Shown piece after piece: positions 60,984 through 64,000 of a stretch of 64,000 bases of DNA. Position 1 is the stretch's first letter, and each line of letters starts with the position of its first letter. The position numbers were made by a program, and so were the translations under genes. The notes below the pieces were generated by a model, which was not told the DNA's origin, ran no database searches, and saw only the letters and a program-made list of their open reading frames with translations. Source of the DNA: an uncultured Muribaculaceae bacterium (GTDB taxonomy: Bacteria > Bacillota_I > Bacilli_A > RF39 > UBA660); assembly GCA_964486215.1 (NCBI GenBank), contig CAZALI010000002.1, positions 13,001 to 77,000 of the forward strand. Direction: 5' to 3'.

Positions 60984-61412
60984 TTGAGAAAATTTAATTA
61001 TGAAAAGAATGGATATAATCGCCAGGAAGTAAATGAATTTATCGATGAAGTGATTTCTAATACTGAAGATATTATTAATAGCTGCAAAAGACAAAGAGAA
61101 GAAATAAATAAACTTAAAAAAGAAGTTGATTATTACCGTAAGAATGGTAATAATAACTATAATTATGATTTAGAAGCAGCTACTAGTATTAGAAATAGTG
61201 CTTTAAGAGATGCGGAAGAGATTGTTAATACTGCTAAGAATGATGCTAGTATTATTCTAAATGAAGCTCTTTTAAAAGCAGAGGAGACTGAAGTAAGAAC
61301 TCATAAGATAGAAGAAAGTATAGGAGTATTTAAAAAGAAACTAGAAGTTCTATTGAAAGAGCAAGAAGCTATAGTCGATGAGATAGAAGCATTAGATATA
61401 GAGAATAATTAA
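60984..61412 (+). CDS. DivIVA-domain protein
   Basis: N-terminal FNYEKNGYNRQEVNEFIDEV (DivIVA lipid-binding motif) followed by a coiled coil. GGGGTGG RBS favours TTG 60984 (the track uses GTG 60975). Confidence 0.75.
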   Translation: MRKFNYEKNGYNRQEVNEFIDEVISNTEDIINSCKRQREEINKLKKEVDYYRKNGNNNYNYDLEAATSIRNSALRDAEEIVNTAKNDASIILNEALLKAEETEVRTHKIEESIGVFKKKLEVLLKEQEAIVDEIEALDIENN

Positions 61413-61449
61413 TTCTCTTTTTGCTTGTAAATAGAAGTGTTTTATGTTA

Positions 61450-61658
61450 TTATTGGTTTTAAGCAATTAATGGGAGACGGAAATATTTGAAAGTATATAG
61501 AGAGTCTTAGTATGGTGAAATAAGATTATGAGTAAAATATTTTGGATCACTCTCAAGTGTTATTTATGGATAAGATAAATGCGTTTTCCGCGTTAAGGAT
61601 AATAAGTATAATTAAGGTGGTACCACGATATATTCGTCCTTTGGGTAGCACTTTTTTT
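61450..61658 (+). promoter_or_regulatory. T-box riboswitch leader, Ile specifier (AUC)
   Basis: AGAGA and GGTGAAA distal-loop motifs in stem I. Specifier GGATCA with ATC at 61546-61548. T-box sequence AATTAAGGTGGTACCACG at 61611-61627. Terminator 3' strand GGGTAGCAC + T7 run. Confidence 0.85.
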
Positions 61659-61677
61659 ATTTGATAGGAGGCAGTTT

Positions 61678-64000
61678 ATGGAATTTGCAAAATTAGATAC
61701 TGGTAAGACTAGTAAAGTAGAAGAAAAATATGCTAAGTATTGGGAAGATAAAGATATATTCTTAAAGAGTATTGATAATAGAAAAGATAAAAAGAACTAT
61801 GTTTTCTATGATGGACCAGCTACAGCTAATGGTATGCCTGGAATACATCATATGATGGCTAAGGTAATAAAAGATACTATTTGTAAATACAAGACTATGG
61901 ATGGTTATAGAGTCCTAAGAAAAGTAGGATGGGATACTCATGGTCTACCAGTAGAAGTACAAGTTGAAAAGGAACTTGGTTTTACTGGCAAAGGTGATAT
62001 AGAGAAGTATGGTATTAAAGAATTTAACCAGAAGTGTAGAGAAAGTGTTTGGAAGAATGAAGAATTCTTTACTAAGTTTACTAAACAGATGGGTCAATTT
62101 ATTGACTTAGATCATCCTTATGTTACTTATGATAATAATTATATAGAGACTGAATGGTGGATATTAAAGAAAATCTTTGATGATGGATATATTTATGATG
62201 GATTAAAGATAGTTCCTTGGTGTCCTAGATGTGGTACTGGCCTTGCATCACATGAAGTAGCTCAAGGTTATAAACAAGTATCTGTTAATACTGTATATGT
62301 TCCATTTAAGGCAAAAGACGAGGAAAATACTTATTATTTAGTATGGACTACTACTCCTTGGACTTTAATGTCTAATATAGCTTTATGTGTTAATCCAGAT
62401 GAGACATATGTTAAGTGTTTATCTAAAGGATATAATTTTATACTAGCTAAAGCACTTGCTGATAAGATTTTAGGAAAAGATTACAAAGTAGTTGAAGAGT
62501 ATAAAGGAAAAGACTTAGAGTATCGTGAGTATGAGCAATTAATGCCATTCTTAAAAGCTCCTAAGAATAAGAAATCATTTATCGTAACTTGTGATAGTTA
62601 TGTTACTATGGAAGATGGTACTGGTGTTGTACATATCGCACCTGCTTTTGGACAAGATGACTACGAAGTAGGAGTTAAGTATAACTTAGCTATGTTGAAT
62701 CCAGTAGGAGAAGATGGTTGCTATACTGAAGGTCCTTGGAAGGGAAGACTTGTTGTTGATAGTGATTTAGAGTTAGAAGTTATTAAATACTTAGCTGAAA
62801 ACGATAAGTTATTTAAGAAACAAAAGATGACACATGATTATCCACATTGTTGGAGATGTAATACACCACTTGTTTATTACTCAAAACCATCTTTATATAT
62901 AAAGACAACGGCTAAACAAAAAGAAATAATTGAGGAAAATAAGAAAATTAATTGGGTACCAGATTATGTTGGAGAAAAGAGATTTGGTAACTGGTTAGAT
63001 AATATGAATGATTGGGCTATTTCTAGAAATAGATATTGGGGTACACCAATACCTCTTTGGAAGTGTGAATGTGGAAATAGTATTATGATAGGTTCACGTA
63101 AAGAACTTGTTGAAAAAGCTATTGAAAAGATAGATGAAAATATTGAACTACATAGACCATTTGTCGATGATGTACATATCAAATGTCCTAAATGTGGTAA
63201 GACAATGACTCGTGTTAAAGACGTAATGGATTGCTGGTTTGATAGTGGTTCTATGCCTTTTGCTCAATATCATTATCCATTTGAAAATAAAGAGTTATTT
63301 AAAGAACAATTCCCAGCTGATTTTATAGCTGAAGGAATTGATCAGACTAGAGGATGGTTCTATTCATTACTTGTAGTATCAATGTTTGTTATGGGTAAAT
63401 CTTCTTATAAGAATGTTCTTGTTAATGACTTATTACTTGATAAGTATGGTCAAAAGATGCATAAATCTCGTGGAAATACTGTTTCTCCATTTGAGATTAT
63501 GGAAGAGTATGGTGCTGATACTGTTAGGTATTATATGTTAAATACTTCTCCTGTATGGACACCACTTAAATTTGATATAGATGGTTTAAAAGAAATTTAT
63601 TCTAAATATATTTCTACTTTTAAGAATACTTATTCTTTCTTTGAGATGTATGCGAATGCTGATCATATAGATCCAAGAGAATATAAGATTCCTGTAAAAG
63701 ATAGAGAGCTTATAGATAAATGGTTAATATCTAAGTTAAATAAACTTATTAAAGAAGTTAGGGAAGCATATGATGAATATGATTTAAATAAAGTATGTAG
63801 ATTAATATTACCATTCTTGAATGATGATTTATCTAACTGGTATATTAGAAGCTGTAGAAGAAGATTCTGGGACTCTGAGTTAACTGATAGTAAAAAGTCC
63901 GTTTATTTAACTATGTATGAAGTACTAAGTGCTCTATGTAGACTATGTGCTCCAATTACGCCATTTTTAACAGAAGAAATATATCAAAAGTTAACGGGAG
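61678..64000 (+). CDS. ileS: Isoleucine--tRNA ligase (type 2), 3' end beyond the window
   Basis: AGGAGG RBS. MEFAKL...YDGPATANGMPGIHH (HIGH region) and KMHKSRGN (KMSKS). The frame is open to the window end. Confidence 0.95.
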   Translation, partial: MEFAKLDTGKTSKVEEKYAKYWEDKDIFLKSIDNRKDKKNYVFYDGPATANGMPGIHHMMAKVIKDTICKYKTMDGYRVLRKVGWDTHGLPVEVQVEKELGFTGKGDIEKYGIKEFNQKCRESVWKNEEFFTKFTKQMGQFIDLDHPYVTYDNNYIETEWWILKKIFDDGYIYDGLKIVPWCPRCGTGLASHEVAQGYKQVSVNTVYVPFKAKDEENTYYLVWTTTPWTLMSNIALCVNPDETYVKCLSKGYNFILAKALADKILGKDYKVVEEYKGKDLEYREYEQLMPFLKAPKNKKSFIVTCDSYVTMEDGTGVVHIAPAFGQDDYEVGVKYNLAMLNPVGEDGCYTEGPWKGRLVVDSDLELEVIKYLAENDKLFKKQKMTHDYPHCWRCNTPLVYYSKPSLYIKTTAKQKEIIEENKKINWVPDYVGEKRFGNWLDNMNDWAISRNRYWGTPIPLWKCECGNSIMIGSRKELVEKAIEKIDENIELHRPFVDDVHIKCPKCGKTMTRVKDVMDCWFDSGSMPFAQYHYPFENKELFKEQFPADFIAEGIDQTRGWFYSLLVVSMFVMGKSSYKNVLVNDLLLDKYGQKMHKSRGNTVSPFEIMEEYGADTVRYYMLNTSPVWTPLKFDIDGLKEIYSKYISTFKNTYSFFEMYANADHIDPREYKIPVKDRELIDKWLISKLNKLIKEVREAYDEYDLNKVCRLILPFLNDDLSNWYIRSCRRRFWDSELTDSKKSVYLTMYEVLSALCRLCAPITPFLTEEIYQKLTG

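Noticed and set aside
61450-61658. T-box leader of ileS as a novel element
   Set aside because: It is a textbook T-box: stem I motifs, an AUC specifier followed by A, the T-box sequence and a terminator. It sits upstream of the cognate synthetase, so it is reported only as a feature.

Overview
This is a very AT-rich chromosomal window with genetic code 11 (TGA is used as a stop) from a low-GC Bacillota-type anaerobe, by eye Erysipelotrichia- or Clostridia-like. Genes are mostly on the + strand and tightly packed. Many sit behind TGnTATAAT extended -10 promoters placed directly after hairpin/T-run terminators.

Recognisable genes:
- Stress, metabolism and redox: htpG, phosphoketolase, NifS-like cysteine desulfurase plus thioredoxin-fold genes, NUDIX, an ABC pair, a Sir2 deacylase, YnbB-like, pgi, a HAD phosphatase, a PP2C phosphatase and a P-type ATPase.
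- Cell envelope and division: a PASTA / MraZ-like / glucosaminidase operon, LemA-DUF2207, murF-like plus ddl, sepF, a DivIVA-domain protein, and a T-box followed by ileS.
- tRNAs: seven in total (Gly x2, Lys, Ile, Asn, Glu, Ser).
- A giant 2551-aa cyclic beta-1,2-glucan-synthase-like gene.
- An EssC / YukD-like type VII secretion module.

Most interesting observations:
1. A ~625-nt non-coding, visibly GC-enriched, promoter- and terminator-bounded structured RNA lies at 22762-23388. A 4-TM protein gene follows it immediately. I read this as a candidate OLE RNA / OapA ribonucleoprotein locus, but from memory I could check only size and synteny, not the OLE consensus.
2. The T7SS-like module is stripped down. 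It has EssC with a P-loop-less third ATPase domain, a YukD-like protein and three small proteins. No EssA, EssB, EsaA or canonical WXG protein is present.
3. That module is bracketed by two ORF-free transcription units that look like unclassified sRNAs or leaders.
4. An orphan HerA-like ATPase follows it.

Smaller oddities:
- A CIRCE-like inverted repeat with a 21-nt spacer lies over the htpG promoter.
- Tandem tRNA-Lys 3'-end fragments occur next to tRNA-Lys.
- A surface protein carries a Cys-less TQXA-like domain and a VPNTG sorting signal.
- The MurF-like ligase is membrane-anchored.

No CRISPR array, transposase or integrase is visible.
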